DNA of 63,880 nucleotides, the filler included, from Octopus bimaculoides (taxonomy: Eukaryota), in the NCBI RefSeq assembly GCF_001194135.2. It is 7 parts of 7 records of this genome, joined end to end, with 100 filler letters (N's around TTAATTAATTAA, not from the genome) between each part and the next. Parts side by side here need not be neighbours in the genome. Positions count along the whole stretch, not along the records: positions 34,402 to 44,229 come from NC_068981.1; positions 44,330 to 53,040 come from NC_069003.1; 5 more parts are not named here. One strand, written 5' to 3'. Shown piece by piece: positions 38,991 to 51,790 of this stretch; the stretch's first letter is position 1; each line of letters begins with the position of its first letter. A program made the position numbers and the translations under genes. Below the pieces are notes generated by a model, which was not told the origin of the DNA, did no database searches, and saw only the letters and a program-made list of their open reading frames with translations.

Positions 38991-39597
38991 TGCTGACAAC
39001 TTTTTTTCCGTCTTATAATCTTTCTGCTGTTTTCACAGCTATTCTACACTCCAAATTTACCTTCTTGTCCGTAAAATTTATCGTATCAATTTCACCAGTC
39101 CCAAAAAAGTCTACCAAGTCTACTGCCCACTTCTCTAAATAAAGTTATAAAGATTGTATGAATGTGAATCGTATGCGAATCCAAGGATTGTACGTATGTG
39201 AATCCAAAGAGAAAGTTTCAACGTAGTGAAGTCTTACTCCTAGTAAAAGACACCCAACCATCTTTAACAAAAACACATTGAAGTATTATGGAGAAATCAG
39301 GCTCATCATGGCTGGAATTCTTGATCGCTGAGACATCTGGACCAAGTAACAACCATAATATATTGTATTTTTACTTCAATCATAAACCGATTCTTAAATG
39401 TCAATCGCAATCTAATTTAATTGCTGAAGCTAGAAATCAAGAGAAGAGTTACGCAAGTCTCATTCATTAGCTTAAGAAAAGTGAAAGAAATTGACCCCTC
39501 TTAGAGAGTGCCAGTGTATAAAGAAGCAGTTTAGAACGATCGATCGAAAGTGCATGCAATGTAGATATCGGTTCAATATTAACTGGACCAATATTAA

Positions 39598-39772
39598 TTG
39601 GTTTCAAATTTTGGCACAAGGTCAGGAGTTCCAGGGAGAGGACTAGTTGACCCCGTAATGGTGAAAGGCAAAGTCCACCTCAGCGGAATTTGAACTCAGA
39701 ACGTAAAGAAGGACGAAATGCCACTAGGCATTTTTCCCGGCGTGTTAATGGTTCTGCAAGCACGCCGCCTTC
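39598..39772 (-). mobile_element. SINE family B, internally deleted
   Basis: GGCAAAGTCCACCTCAGCGGAATTTGAACTCAGAACG..AGCACGCCGCCT. Confidence 0.75.
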
Positions 39773-39952
39773 TGTCCAGTTAATATTGAAGCAATTTTAA
39801 ATTCATAAAGATAAGGCTAAACATTCGAAATGTTATAATTATACAATACTGCTTTTATAAGCAGTAACTGGTAACGTAAAATGGGACTCATTTTCAACTA
39901 TCACAAGTCAAGGTTATACATAAACACATACACACTCAAATGTGTGTGTGTG

Positions 39953-39954
<2 letters not shown>

Positions 39955-40016
<62 letters not shown>
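39955..40016. repeat. (GATA)n microsatellite
   Basis: Direct tandem repeat. Confidence 0.95.
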
Positions 40017-40017
<1 letters not shown>

Positions 40018-40063
40018 GTAAATATAGCTGCAGGCGAAGCTTTAAGCGCAGGCGTGGCTATAA

Positions 40064-40192
40064 GCACAGGGCGTGGATATGTGGTAAGAAGTTTTCTTCC
40101 CAACCACATAGTCCTGGATTCAGTTCCACTAGTGGCATCATGATCAGGTGCCTTCTACTACAGCTTCAGGCTGTCCACAGCTTTATAAGTGA
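40064..40192 (+). mobile_element. SINE family A head, degenerate
   Basis: GTGGTAAGAAGTTTTCTTCCCAACCACATAGTCC.. Confidence 0.7.
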
Positions 40193-40199
40193 CCTACTC

Positions 40200-40940
40200 T
40201 AATTTTATTCTTAAAGATTCCTGGGTATTTGTTATTTAAGTTCAAGTGCTTAGCTATAAGTCTCATTATTGAGCGAACTATGTTAGATTTAAGCTGCATA
40301 GCGAAGGGAATTATTAACCAGATCTTATCGCTATTTCTTTTATTTTTAATATTATCATTTTTGGTATAAAAACTGTCCTCAGTATTCGTGTAGAGTGTAA
40401 AGTTGTTGTTATGATTGTTATATTTCTTTCTATAGTTATTTTATTTTCATTATTGTTCGTATCAGTTTTATTAGGATTATTTCTGTATGGTTTGTTTAAA
40501 TTACATAGCTTGGTATTATCATTCTTAACCGGGGTTATATTGGATCTTTGGGGTTCGTTATTTTTATTCTTTTTAATATTTAAATTTTTATTATTAGTCA
40601 TGTTAATATTCTTAATCTTCTTAATTTTCACATTGTTGGTATTTTGTCATCATTTTTAATGTTGTTATTATCTTACTTTGAATCTTATCATTATTTCTGT
40701 TATCATTAGTGTTAATCTTATCAATGTTGTTCATGTTGTTGATATGGTTATTAGTTTTATTTGGAGTGTGGTTAGTGTTATGATAATTGCCTTGGGCATT
40801 CATGTTGTTCCGGTTATTTGTACAGTGTTCTAAGTCTAGGTATTTAATTTTTTGCTTATAACCTGCCTTTTCTAATGCGTTATTGTAGAATTCCTTATAC
40901 TTGTCTATCTTTGCCTTTTTCGTTCTGATGATGTCTACCA
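40200..40940 (-). mobile_element. Penelope-like element fragment: post-RT region with Asn-rich linker
   Basis: KEFYNNALEKAGYKQKIKY, a long N/K/I-rich tract, then KRNSDKIWLIIPF..KSNIVRSIMRLIAKHL..KYPGIF, the segment that precedes GIY-YIG in PLEs. Confidence 0.7.
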
Positions 40941-41114
40941 TTTGCAATGAGGTAAATACACATTTACCTCAGCATGGTACACGGAAACTGCTGTAAACTC
41001 ACTCTTACTGTCATCTTTCTTAACTAATTAAATAATGGCTTTTTATCACCAAAGGCCCACTTCTCATTGTTATTTATTCCTCCATTTTCTTATTGTCTAT
41101 ATATATATTTTTTC

Positions 41115-41380
41115 TTAATCCTTTTTGCCCCTTGTGGAGCATAGGGCCTCAACAGTTATTTTCCACTTTTTGCGGCCATTGGTGTGTTTCTTGGCTGCTT
41201 CCCATGTCAGGCCGGTGGTCCTAAGCTCGTCCAAAATGCTCCGCTTCAATGTCTGCTTCGGGCGTCCTCGCTTCTTTTTCCCCTGCGGGTTCCAGTCAAG
41301 TGCTTGTCGTGTCACATTTGAGGGTTCTTTCTGCAGTGTGTCCAATCCATCTCCATTTCCTTCGTCTAATCTGAACAAGT
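41115..41380 (-). mobile_element. RTE-clade LINE 3' end
   Basis: TLQKEPSNVTRQALDWNPQGKKKRGRPKQTLKRS..WKITVEALCSTRGKKD*. Confidence 0.85.
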
Positions 41381-41432
41381 GTGGGCTCCTGGTTGGCCCT
41401 TTCCCACATATGTATGTATGTGTGTGTATATA

Positions 41433-41580
41433 TATACGACGGGCTTTTTACAATTTCCGACTACCAAATCCACTCGCAAAGCTTTGGTAGAAGACACTTG
41501 CCCAAGGTGCCACGCAGTGGGACTGAACCCGGAACCATGTGGTTGATAAGCAAGCTACTTACCACACAGCCACTCCTGTA
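41433..41580 (-). mobile_element. SINE family A head
   Basis: Reverse match to 53258-53405 with a small deletion. Confidence 0.85.
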
Positions 41581-41719
41581 TGTATAACAAAATGAGATGA
41601 CAGATGAATAAACAATTACCTTATGAACTTTATTAGCCTACCACTGTTTCTGCTATAAGACACTGGACTCATGTAGTTTCATCGGCGCCTCAAACATGAA
41701 GAGCATAGGTGTATGTTTG

Positions 41720-41952
41720 TATGTGTGTGTGTGCGCGTGTATGCGTTTATGTCTATGTTTGTCCCCCACCACCGTTTGACAACCGATGCTGGTTTGTTTA
41801 CGTATCCGTAACCTAGTGTTTCGGCAAAAGAGACCGAATGAATAAGTACCAGGACTCGCTTTGATTTGTTCGGATAAAATTCTTCAAGGTGATGCCCCAG
41901 TTTAGCCGCAATCTAATGACCGAAACAAGTAATAGATAAAAGATAAAAGAAG

Positions 41953-41953
<1 letters not shown>
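41720..41953 (+). mobile_element. SINE family A tail
   Basis: GTTTGTCCCCCACCACCGTTTGACAACCGATGCTGG..GCAAAAGAGACCGA..TGACCGAAACAAG. Confidence 0.8.
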
Positions 41954-41995
<42 letters not shown>

Positions 41996-43368
41996 CAAAG
42001 AGATTTTCTTAAGCGCTGTTCGTCGGATTTGACAAGCATCATGAACTGTCGTCTCTCGGGACCAGATCAAGCGGCAGAAAACAATGCAATATAGAAAACC
42101 TACTGTAAACTGTGAAACAACAACCAACACCAGCAATATTGCAAGATGGCGCCATGACCTCGTTTTCCTCATCGGTCATCAAGAACCACGCCGGTGACAT
42201 GCAAAGGGCGACAGTTTACAACTGAAAATGAAGATTTTTCTCTAAGGAATGACAACTGTACTTGCTTTCATTGAAAATTCGATGCTTAACTTAAATGTTA
42301 ATTGCTTCCGTGTAGTTTCTTGGTACCTACTAAATCACATAGCTAACGTAAGCACATGTCTTTCTTAAATAAAACCATTGCAATTAATCTGTTAGTAAGA
42401 ATCAACATTTAACTTAAATTTCAGATTGGATTTACATAACAAATCCCTTTCGAAACCTTACACTGAACAGTCAGTGTGTAAGGCTGAGTGGTAGCTTAAA
42501 AACGGAATGATCGATCCTGTCACTTATGGGCAAAGTTACAGAAATTCCAGAAGAGACCACTGCAATGGCAATTTGCCTGTGGTGACGAATTTTTAACAAA
42601 ATTAGATTAATCAAAACTCTATATGTACCAGCGGAAGCATCAAAGAAAGCAATTTCTCCAAAGCCAGATGTCACCAATTGTTCGATCCTTCTTTAAAAGC
42701 TTCATTTTTTAATCTGTAATCAAGAGTGGACGGACAGACGGACGGACAGACGGACAGACGAATGGATGGATGGACGAATGGAAGTATGGATGGATGGATG
42801 GATGGATGGATGGATGGATGCATGGATAATGTCAAGTAGACCGAAGATAATTTAACATAATCACACATCTGCTAGAGTTCTCCTTACTGTTGAATATATT
42901 TAGCAGATCTTGTGAATGCTCTGAAGACACATGCTTTCTGACTACATATTTACTGCCGTGCTATAATGGAACACAATGATATGTTGAATCACAGTCGACA
43001 GCTAGTTTCCTGTGAATTGAATTAATATTGATGAAATTTAGAGACATACATGAATCTTCAACATAATGTTAGAAGTTTCTTGGAGAGCAAGAGAATTAAG
43101 ACGTGTCAGTCATGAATCGAGCATGAATCACAGACTCAGATCGTTCACACAGACAAACTTGCGCACAAACATGCACGTATACACACATTTATGAGTGTAA
43201 CGTAGACACATACAAAACATGCACACGCTATGTAAAGAAGCATATCCAAGATATGCGCAGCAGGATCGAAATCGAGACCTCATGGTTGCACAACCAACAC
43301 ATACTCTTCCAATTCTCTCACTCTTTCTGTCTCAGATATATTACAAAGCAATATATATTGGAGGCACA

Positions 43369-43537
43369 GCACGCCGGGCGAAATGCTTAGCGGCATTTCG
43401 TCTGTCTTTACGTTCTGAGTTCAAATTCCACCGAGGTCGACTTTGCCTCTCATCCTTTCGGAGTCGATAAATTAAGTACCAGCTGCGTACTGGCCCCCTC
43501 CTCCAAAATTTCGGGCATTGTGCCTAGAGTAGAAAAG
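43369..43537 (+). mobile_element. 5'-truncated SINE family B with exact 19-bp target-site duplication
   Basis: AATATATATTGGAGGCACA at 43350-43368 and 43538-43556. Confidence 0.9.
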
Positions 43538-43547
43538 AATATATATT

Positions 43548-43852
43548 GGAGGCACATGGCCTAGTGGTTACAGCTGCGGACTCGTGGTCGGGATCACGGG
43601 TTCGAATCTCAGACAGGGCGATATGTGTGTTTATGAGTGAAACACCTAAGCTCCACGCGGCTCCGGCAGAAGGTAATGGCGAACTTCTGCTGACTCTTTT
43701 GCCACAACTTTCTCTCACTCTTTCCTCCTGTATCTAGCAGCTCACCTGCGACGGACCGGTCTCGTCCAGCTGCGGAACCTACACGCCAATGAAACCGGGA
43801 AACCGGCCCTTATGATCTAGACATAGCTCGAGAAGGAAAAATCTACAACAAC
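43548..43852 (+). mobile_element. SINE family C-related head with a different tail
   Basis: GGAGGCACATGGCCTAGTGGTTA..GGGTTCGAATCTC..CACCTAAGCTCCACG; tail ends CTACAACAAC. Confidence 0.8.
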
Positions 43853-43861
43853 GTATATTTA

Positions 43862-44092
43862 TTTCTTTATTGACCACAGGGGGCTAAACATAGTGGGAAC
43901 AAACAAGGACAGACAAAGGGATTAAGTCGATTACATTGACCCCAGTGCGTAACTGTTACTTATTTAATCGACCCCGAAAGGATAACAGGTAAAGTCGACC
44001 TTGACTGAATTTGAACTGCGAACATAACGGCAGACGCAATACTGCTAAGCATTTCGCCCGGCGGGCTAACGATTCTGCCAGCTCGCCATCCT
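43862..44092 (-). mobile_element. SINE family B, full length, alternative tail
   Basis: Head GGCGAGCTGGCAGAATCGTTAGC; tail ..TTTGTCTGTCCTTGTTTGTTCCCACTATGTTTAGCCCC..AATAAAGAAAT. Confidence 0.85.
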
Positions 44093-44229
44093 AACAACAT
44101 ATATTAATGTATATGTGTGTGAGCACATATGTATATATATATATATATATGTATTGTGTGGGTATACATATATACACACACGTTTAGATATATTCTCTTA
44201 TTCTTTTACTTGTTTCAGTCATTTGACTG

Positions 44230-44329
44230 NNNNNNNNNNNNNNNNNNNNNNNNNNNNNNNNNNNNNNNNNNNNTTAATTAATTAANNNNNNNNNNNNNNN
44301 NNNNNNNNNNNNNNNNNNNNNNNNNNNNN
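44230..44329. other. Artificial 100-bp join
   Basis: 44N-TTAATTAATTAA-44N. Confidence 0.9.
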
Positions 44330-44469
44330 CCCGAGAACTACGTTAAGGGTACACGTGTCTGTGGAGTGCTCAGCCACTTGCACGTTAATTTTACGAGCAG
44401 GTTGTTCCGTTGATCGGATCAACTGGAACCCTCGACGTCGTAAGCGACGGAGTGCCAACAACAACAACT
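44330..44469 (+). mobile_element. SINE family C tail
   Basis: CCGAGAACTACGTTAAGGGTACACG..CGTAAGCGACGGAGTGCCAACAACAACAAC. Confidence 0.85.
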
Positions 44470-45059
44470 GTCGACTATCTACAAGCTGGAGGTCTGATTG
44501 ACTAGGAGTGATCATGTGATGCAAAACAACAAATTTCAGTGTAGGCAAAAATAAAGAAAACTTCATATGTATAACTTCATTACGTCTTTGTAATAATGGC
44601 AGAGAGATTGTAGATATGGTGGATGATTGGACTAAACTGTAGTCAGTTATGTCACGTTAATTTTTGAGTCCAAACCCTGCCCTTCATCGTTCCCTCACTC
44701 CGGAGTCTATAGAATAAGTAACAGCCATTTACTGAGATAGATTAAACTAGAAATAACCTTCCGCATATCAGATTGAATTCACTGCATGTTGTGTCTGGAC
44801 AAATTACTTTATTCTTGGTACCAGTTGAAATGGATATGTACAAGAATCAGCACAGATATAGTATGGTGTCTAGGCTGAACGAAGAGTATGCTTGAATGTA
44901 AAAGGTCAGGGTGGAATGGGGGGGGGGGTGAAATGATGTGCGTTGGAATAGAAGGCGCAGGAGACGATGGCAAATCATGAATGTATAAGTGGAGGTATNN
45001 NNNNNNNNATAGAAGGCGCAGGAGACGATGGCAAATCATGAATGTATAAGTGGAGGTAT

Positions 45060-45975
45060 GTGGGGGGACAAAACTAAACCATAAAGCACGTCTGAGTGGA
45101 TAAAGTGTGAGTCAACAAGAGCTCCATGAGAACACACCGGGGCAATGAAATATGATACGAAGCCACCATTCCAAGAGTCGGGAAACAGATAGACAGCTAA
45201 GAGAGTTTTTTTTTTTCAAGAGATTAACCAACCATAATGATATCAAAGGCAACAACACTGCTTTCACCAAATTTCTCGACGGTGAGAGTCACTAACGAGT
45301 GACATGGGGGAGAGGAATAAATCTTGTACATGGTAATGTGAAGGCGCATGGCTTAGTTGTTAGAGTGCCATGCTCACAATCATAAGGTAGTGAGTTCGAT
45401 TCCCAGACCGGGATGTGTGTTCTGTTCTTGAGCAAGACACTTTGCTCCAGTTCGCTCAGTTGTAGAAACGAGTTGTGACGTCACTAGTGCCAAGACGTAT
45501 CAGCCTTTGCTTTTCCCTTGGCTAACATCAGTGGCATGGATTTGGAGGGGGCTGATACGCATGCGCGACTGCTGATCTTCCATAAACAACATTCCCCGGA
45601 CTTGTGTCTTGGAGGGGAACTTTCTAGGTGCAATCCCATGATCATTTATGACCAAATGGGGTCTTTGCTCTTTGCTTACATGGTAGTCATGAAGAAGGGT
45701 GTAAGATTCAATGAAGTGAAAAAGGTTGTTAATGATTTTCACAGTCACGTTGAGATGTTGGAAGTGAGTGTGACAAAACATTTGTTGCCAGATTGAGAGG
45801 GGTTGCTCATCTGGGGAATAGGATATGGCAAAGCATGTTCCCAAAAATCGGGATAGAGATTGCTAGAGTGAGAGGGATAGATATTAAACAGTTTGGTGAA
45901 GACAAGAATTAGCTCTGGGGCGTATTTTTTTTAGGGTAATGGCAGGGGTTTTATCAAAGCCAATGGTCTCGTTGA
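45060..45975 (-). mobile_element. CR1/L2-type LINE RT remnant split by a SINE
   Basis: GFDKTPAITLKKYAPEL..KIINNLFHFIESYTLLHD | SINE | VEKFGESSVVAFDI. Confidence 0.65.
45342..45676 (+). mobile_element. SINE family D (long-tail variant), full length
   Basis: tRNA-like head GGCGCATGGCTTAGTTGTTAG..GTTCGATTCCC; degenerate TSD TACATGGTA..TGA at 45327-45341 and 45677-45692. Confidence 0.8.
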
Positions 45976-46039
45976 ATTGAAGTGACCACAAGCAGATTCA
46001 CGCATGTAGTTGTGTGTGTGTGTGTGTGTGTGTGTATTC

Positions 46040-46256
46040 TTTTATTGTTTTAAGTGTTTCATTCATTTGACTGCGGCCATGCTGGAGCACCGCTTTTAAG
46101 GAGGTTTTTTTTTGGTCGAAATTGACCCTAAGACTTATTCTTAGTAAGCCAAGTACTTATCGGTGTCTTTTGCCGAACCGCTAATTTACCAGGACGTAAA
46201 CACACCAACATCGGTTGTCAAGAGATGGGAGTGGGCAAAGACAGACACACATAAAG
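46040..46256 (-). mobile_element. SINE family A tail
   Basis: CATTTGACTGCGGCCATGCTGGAGCACCGC..GCCGAACCGCTAA..CGGTTGTCAAG. Confidence 0.8.
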
Positions 46257-47659
46257 ATATATATATATATATATATATANNNNNNNNNNNNNNNNNNNNN
46301 NNNNNNNNNNNNNNNNNNNNNNNNNNNNNNNNNNNNNNNNNNNNNNNNNNNNNNNNNNNNNNNNNNNNNNNNNNNNNNNNNNNNNNNNNNNNNNNNNNNN
46401 NNNNNNNNNNNNNNNNNNNNNNNNNNNNNNNNNNNNNNNNNNNNNNNNNNNNNNNNNNNNNNNNNNNNNNNNNNNNNNNNNNNNNNNNNNNNNNNNNNNN
46501 NNNNNNNNNNNNNNNNNNNNNNNNNNNNNNNNNNNNNNNNNNNNNNNNNNNNNNNNNNNNNNNNNNNNNNNNNNNNNNNNNNNNNNNNNNNNNNNNNNNN
46601 NNNNNNNNNNNNNNNNNNNNNNNNTAGGATAATTTTCTTTTTTGGTTTTGTTTTACTTATTCGCCATTCCATATAAATCATTTGCTTATAGAAATTAGAA
46701 AATTGTACTTGTAGGATAAAGCATGTAAGATATCTCCAACTGGAAATTCTTCAGAAACAGAGTCAACTAATATATTATTTGATTTTCTGTCTGACGAAAT
46801 GACGATATTGTAATAAGCAGACGTGCTTCAAAAAGACACACCTTGGATTTTAGACCTAACTATATGATATACATGTACACATTCACGCGCGCATTTGTAG
46901 AACGAAGAAACAATAACTGACTGTTGAAAGTAAGTTAGTCAGATACATAGATAGACAGACAGACAGACAGATAGATATGTAGATAGATAGATATGTAGAT
47001 AGATAGATAGATTTTGAGGTAGGCAAATGACTAAAACACACGTAGGAAAGTATTATGTATGTATGTATGTATGTATGTATGTATGTGGATATACATGTAT
47101 GTACTATTGTCCACGCGGTACACACAACACAATAACCGAATATAATAAACAGGGCTGTATTTTTTTCGCTTATTGTCCCGTTAACATACCTTGAATATAT
47201 TTATGAGCTCATGAATAAGTCGATCCTTCTGTTGTATCGAAACAATCAGCACACAGCCTCTGCAGTTAACTGTTCTGCCTTGTTTTGTATTTGAGAGCAC
47301 AAATAATTACAATTATTCATGATCATTTTGACCTTGTATGAGGGCAACACTAACCGACTTCTTGTTTGTAAACTGAACTGGCTGACAATCTTAAACAGTA
47401 AAATAAGTTCCCCACGTCTTCTAAAACGAACAGAAAGGACGACTTTAAAGATTGTGAAATTACGCTCGGATGAATTCTTCCCTCATGACTGTCTAACAAA
47501 ATTTCTGTGTGTCTTTTGTCAGTAAAATGTTATTTTCTGTTTGCTTCTATCTAGAAATCAAAGGAAGTGACTACCATTCCCTTCAAACTTTGCTTTTGTC
47601 ACCTGGACATCAATGTTTTAAAACTGGTCTGTTTTCCATTACATTTCAGACAGATTCAG

Positions 47660-47860
47660 TGCTGAGTTGTTGAAGCAGGAATATTCTTATAACAAATATT
47701 CTACTCAATACCACAGATTTGTTCGTCAGTTGCTTAGCCTTAACCACTTGAGCATATCCTTTAGTGGCTGACAATATATGGATCTCTGATGGGAAGCAGG
47801 GGGTTATGGGGGGAGCATCATAATCATGTGTTGAGAGGGATTTGTGGGGATTTGAATAAA
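47660..47860 (+). mobile_element. Unclassified repeat, partial copy of 57416-57860
   Basis: CAAATATTCTACTCAATACCACA..GGGGAGCATCATA..CATGTGTTGAGAGGGA shared by both. Confidence 0.65.
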
Positions 47861-48366
47861 TGTAACAAAAAAAATTTTTGAAGGAAATGTTAGCCGTTTT
47901 TCATACTTTCTAGGGGTAAGCAAATCGCTTTACTCAGTGTAACCAGACTGGTGTGACAAATTGACAACAACCAAAGACTTGACGATGTTTAGATATAAAT
48001 AATAATTCTTAGTTTAGAGAGTTGTAAGCCTAATAATCGAATAAGTGAAATGAAAAGAAAATTAAAGGAAAATGAACAATCGAAACTGAAACGGAAATGG
48101 TAAAGTGGTGCTTCTGTTTACGTAAACTTAAAAAATTCTACCAAAACTAAATCCATGCTACAGCTCATCCGTGCAAACCGAGTATCGTGTAAACCGAGGG
48201 GCAGCGACCATGGGCTCTAAAATGACGTGTCGATGTGTGAGTAAGTATGTGTCTGTAATGTGTGGGTGTGTGGATGATGATGTGGGTGCTGGGAAGTGGT
48301 CAGTGCTAATGTGTGCAAAATGGTATGATGTGGTGTGATGTGGTGTGGTGTGGTGGTGTGTGGTGT

Positions 48367-48472
<106 letters not shown>

Positions 48473-48874
48473 TGTATATATATGTATGTATGTATGTATG
48501 TATTATAAATGCTTTTATGTATAAAGTAAGCCTCAGGCCTCTTAAATCAATCTCATTTACTCATATTTGCCAAGAAAAGGAGGAAAAGTTTCAAACTGTT
48601 ATTTTGCACACTGAAGTTCGTTGGCCATCAGAAGGTCGAATATTTTGACGTGTTAACAAATTAATAGAAATATTGAAATAATATCAAGAAGCAGGATGCA
48701 GAGAAAGATACTATCTCTCATCGATTGATAAAATTTATACCAAAATGAGAAACAACGTAGTGACCTATGAAAGAAAATAAAAATAAAAATTTTCCAAAAC
48801 TGCTGAGTATTATTCAATCTTTAGGATAAAAGTCCTTCTCTGTATAGACTCATAGGGCTGGTTTATGTACGTAC

Positions 48875-49060
48875 GTATTCACCCCTGAACGGGACGCCAG
48901 TCTATCGCAAGATTATTCATTTTTGCAAGCTTGGTGGACTGCAGCAATGTGAAATGAGGTGTTTTGCTCAAGAAGACTATGCGACGCCCGGTCCAGAAAT
49001 CGAAACCACAGTCTTACGAACATGAGTGAAACACCTCTAACCACTAAGCCACGCGCCTCC
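48875..49060 (-). mobile_element. SINE family D (short-tail variant)
   Basis: Head GGAGGCGCGTGGCTTAGTGGTTAG; homologous to 20050-20240. Confidence 0.8.
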
Positions 49061-49679
49061 GCGTAATTCAATCTTTAACGATTTAAGATTGCTTGAACAG
49101 AAAATACAAGGTTTCTTTTCTAATACAAAAGTGATTGGATCAGAAAACTATTCGATTCATCTATTACTTTTTTTTNNNNNNNNNNNNNNNNNNNNNNNNN
49201 NNNNNNNNNNNNNNNNNNNNNNNNNNNNNNNNNNNNNNNNNNNNNNNNNNNNNNNNNNNNNNNNNNNNNNNNNNNCAACGGAGTGCCAACAACAACAACA
49301 ACATAAGCACCAACCAATTCCTGGGCTTAATAAAATCGACTACCCCTAGAGAGCTGGTCATGAAGTGTCGAAAATTAGGGTGATGTTTAATGTTGTATTG
49401 CAGATGATACCGTATTTATAACTCTCACCCAAAGCGCGTGCGCGCGACGTGTACATGTATTTATGAGCGCATGCGTGTGCCTATATTGTATGCATGTATT
49501 TATATGTGCATGTGTATTTCCCGCATAGTTCTAAGGGTGTATGTGTGTGTGTATGTACCTGAGTGTTTTGCGCGTGTTAGTGTTTGTGATGAGATCAGCT
49601 GTTTGCATTATCGTGTCAGAATTCAAGGAGAGTAAGCGTCCGTCTTAATATACATCTACACACGTACGTGAACACACTT

Positions 49680-49714
<35 letters not shown>

Positions 49715-50689
49715 CACACACACACATGCACACACACACACACACACATACACGCACGCACACTCATACGCACAGAGGAACGCTCATTCTCGCATACTCA
49801 ATCAAACTTCCGATTATACGGTTTTGTGGACCNNNNNNNNNNNNNNNNNNNNNNNNNNNNNNNNNNNNNNNNNNNNNNNNNNNNNNNNNNNNNNNNNNNN
49901 NNNNNNNNNNNNNNNNNNNNNNNNNNNNNNNNNNNNNNNNNNNNNNNNNNNNNNNNNNNNNNNNNNNNNNNNNNNNNNNNNNNNNNNNNNNNNNNNNNNN
50001 NNNNNNNNNNNNNNNNNNNNNNNNNNNNNNNNNNNNNNNNNNNNNNNNNNNNNNNNNNNNNNNNNNNNNNNNNNNNNNNNNNNNNNNNNNNNNNNNNNNN
50101 NNNNNNNNNNNNNNNNNNNNNNNNNNNNNNNNNNNNNNNNNNNNNNNNNNNNNNNNNNNNNNNNNNNNNNNNNNNNNNNNNNNNNNNNNNNNNNNNNNNN
50201 NNNNNNNNNNNNNNNNNNNNNNNNNNNNNNNNNNNNNNNNNNNNNNNNNNNNNNNNNNNNNNNNNNNNNNNNNNNNNNNNNNNNNNNNNNNNNNNNNNNN
50301 NNNNNNNNNNNNNNNNNNNNNNNNNNNNNNNNNNNNNNNNNNNNNNNNNNNNNNNNNNNNNNNNNNNNNNNNNNNNNNNNNNNNNNNNNNNNNNNNNNNN
50401 NNNNNNNNNNNNNNNNNNNNNNNNNNNNNNNNNNNNNNNNNNNNNNNNNNNNNNNNNNNNNNNNNNNNNNNNNNNNNNNNNNNNNNNNNNNNNNNNNNNN
50501 NNNNNNNNNNNNNNNNNNNNNNNNNNNNNNNNNNNNNNNNNNNNNNNNNNNNNNNNNNNNNNNNNNNNNNNNNNNNNNNNNNNNNNNNNNNNNNNNNNNN
50601 NNNNNNNNNNNNNNNNNNNNNNNNNNNNNNNNNNNNNNNNNNNNNNNNNNNNNNNNNNNNNNNNNNNNNNNNNNNNNNNNNNNNNNNNT

Positions 50690-50723
<34 letters not shown>

Positions 50724-50922
50724 TATTTATATTATTCTATTGTATATATGGTCAAGCATACATACACACAAAAACATACGTACATAAATACATCTATCCA
50801 TCCATCCATCAATCCATACATACATACATAAATACATACATACATACACACAAATGTAGATGTGTTTGTGTGTATGCATGTATGTATGTACGTATGTATG
50901 TATGCATGCATATATATATATG

Positions 50923-50966
<44 letters not shown>

Positions 50967-51302
50967 TATCTCTAAGTGTATACATGCCCACATATATTTA
51001 TACGTATACATATATACATACATACATACATGCAAACATGTTACACTCAAACACTGTCATCTCCATCACTAAGCACACAAACCCCCTTACATGACGATCA
51101 TCACACTCGCTACTCCTACATACTATCAACAGCAGATCTCTCTTACATTGATGAACCTGCTTGCTTTAATTAATTATCTACTTAGTACTTCTATGATAAT
51201 TCAAAAGAGCTACTTCATATCAATTTAAAGCATTCGAGTATTTAAGAAAATTTTATTCATCTATCTATATTTCTGCACGTGTGTGAGTGTGTGTGTGTAT
51301 CC

Positions 51303-51352
<50 letters not shown>

Positions 51353-51722
51353 GCACGTATGTACGTATGTATGTATGTATGTATGCATGTGTCTATGCAA
51401 TTATGTGCATAACAGAGAATGACTATCAGTGTTGGAATGCACCTGTACTTATTTATATCTTTGTGCACATATACACATGCATACATGTACTCAAACTCAC
51501 ACATATATACGCATATACACACAGACAGATATCCAAACACCTGTATACTTACATATAGATATGTATGTGAATGTATATATATCTATATCTATATATATAT
51601 ATNNNNNNNNNNNNNNNNNNNNNNNNNNNNNNNNNNNNNNNNNNNNNNNNNNNNNNNNNNNNNNNNNNNNNNNNNNNNNNNNNNNNNNNNNNNNNNNNNN
51701 NNNNNNNNNNNNNNNNNNNNNN

Positions 51723-51790
<68 letters not shown>

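Noticed and set aside
42143-42151. AAGATGGCG YY1-like promoter motif
   Set aside because: A single 9-mer with no identifiable start site or first exon.
44948-45059. 51-bp tandem duplication
   Set aside because: Identical across a 10-N gap; overlap artefact.
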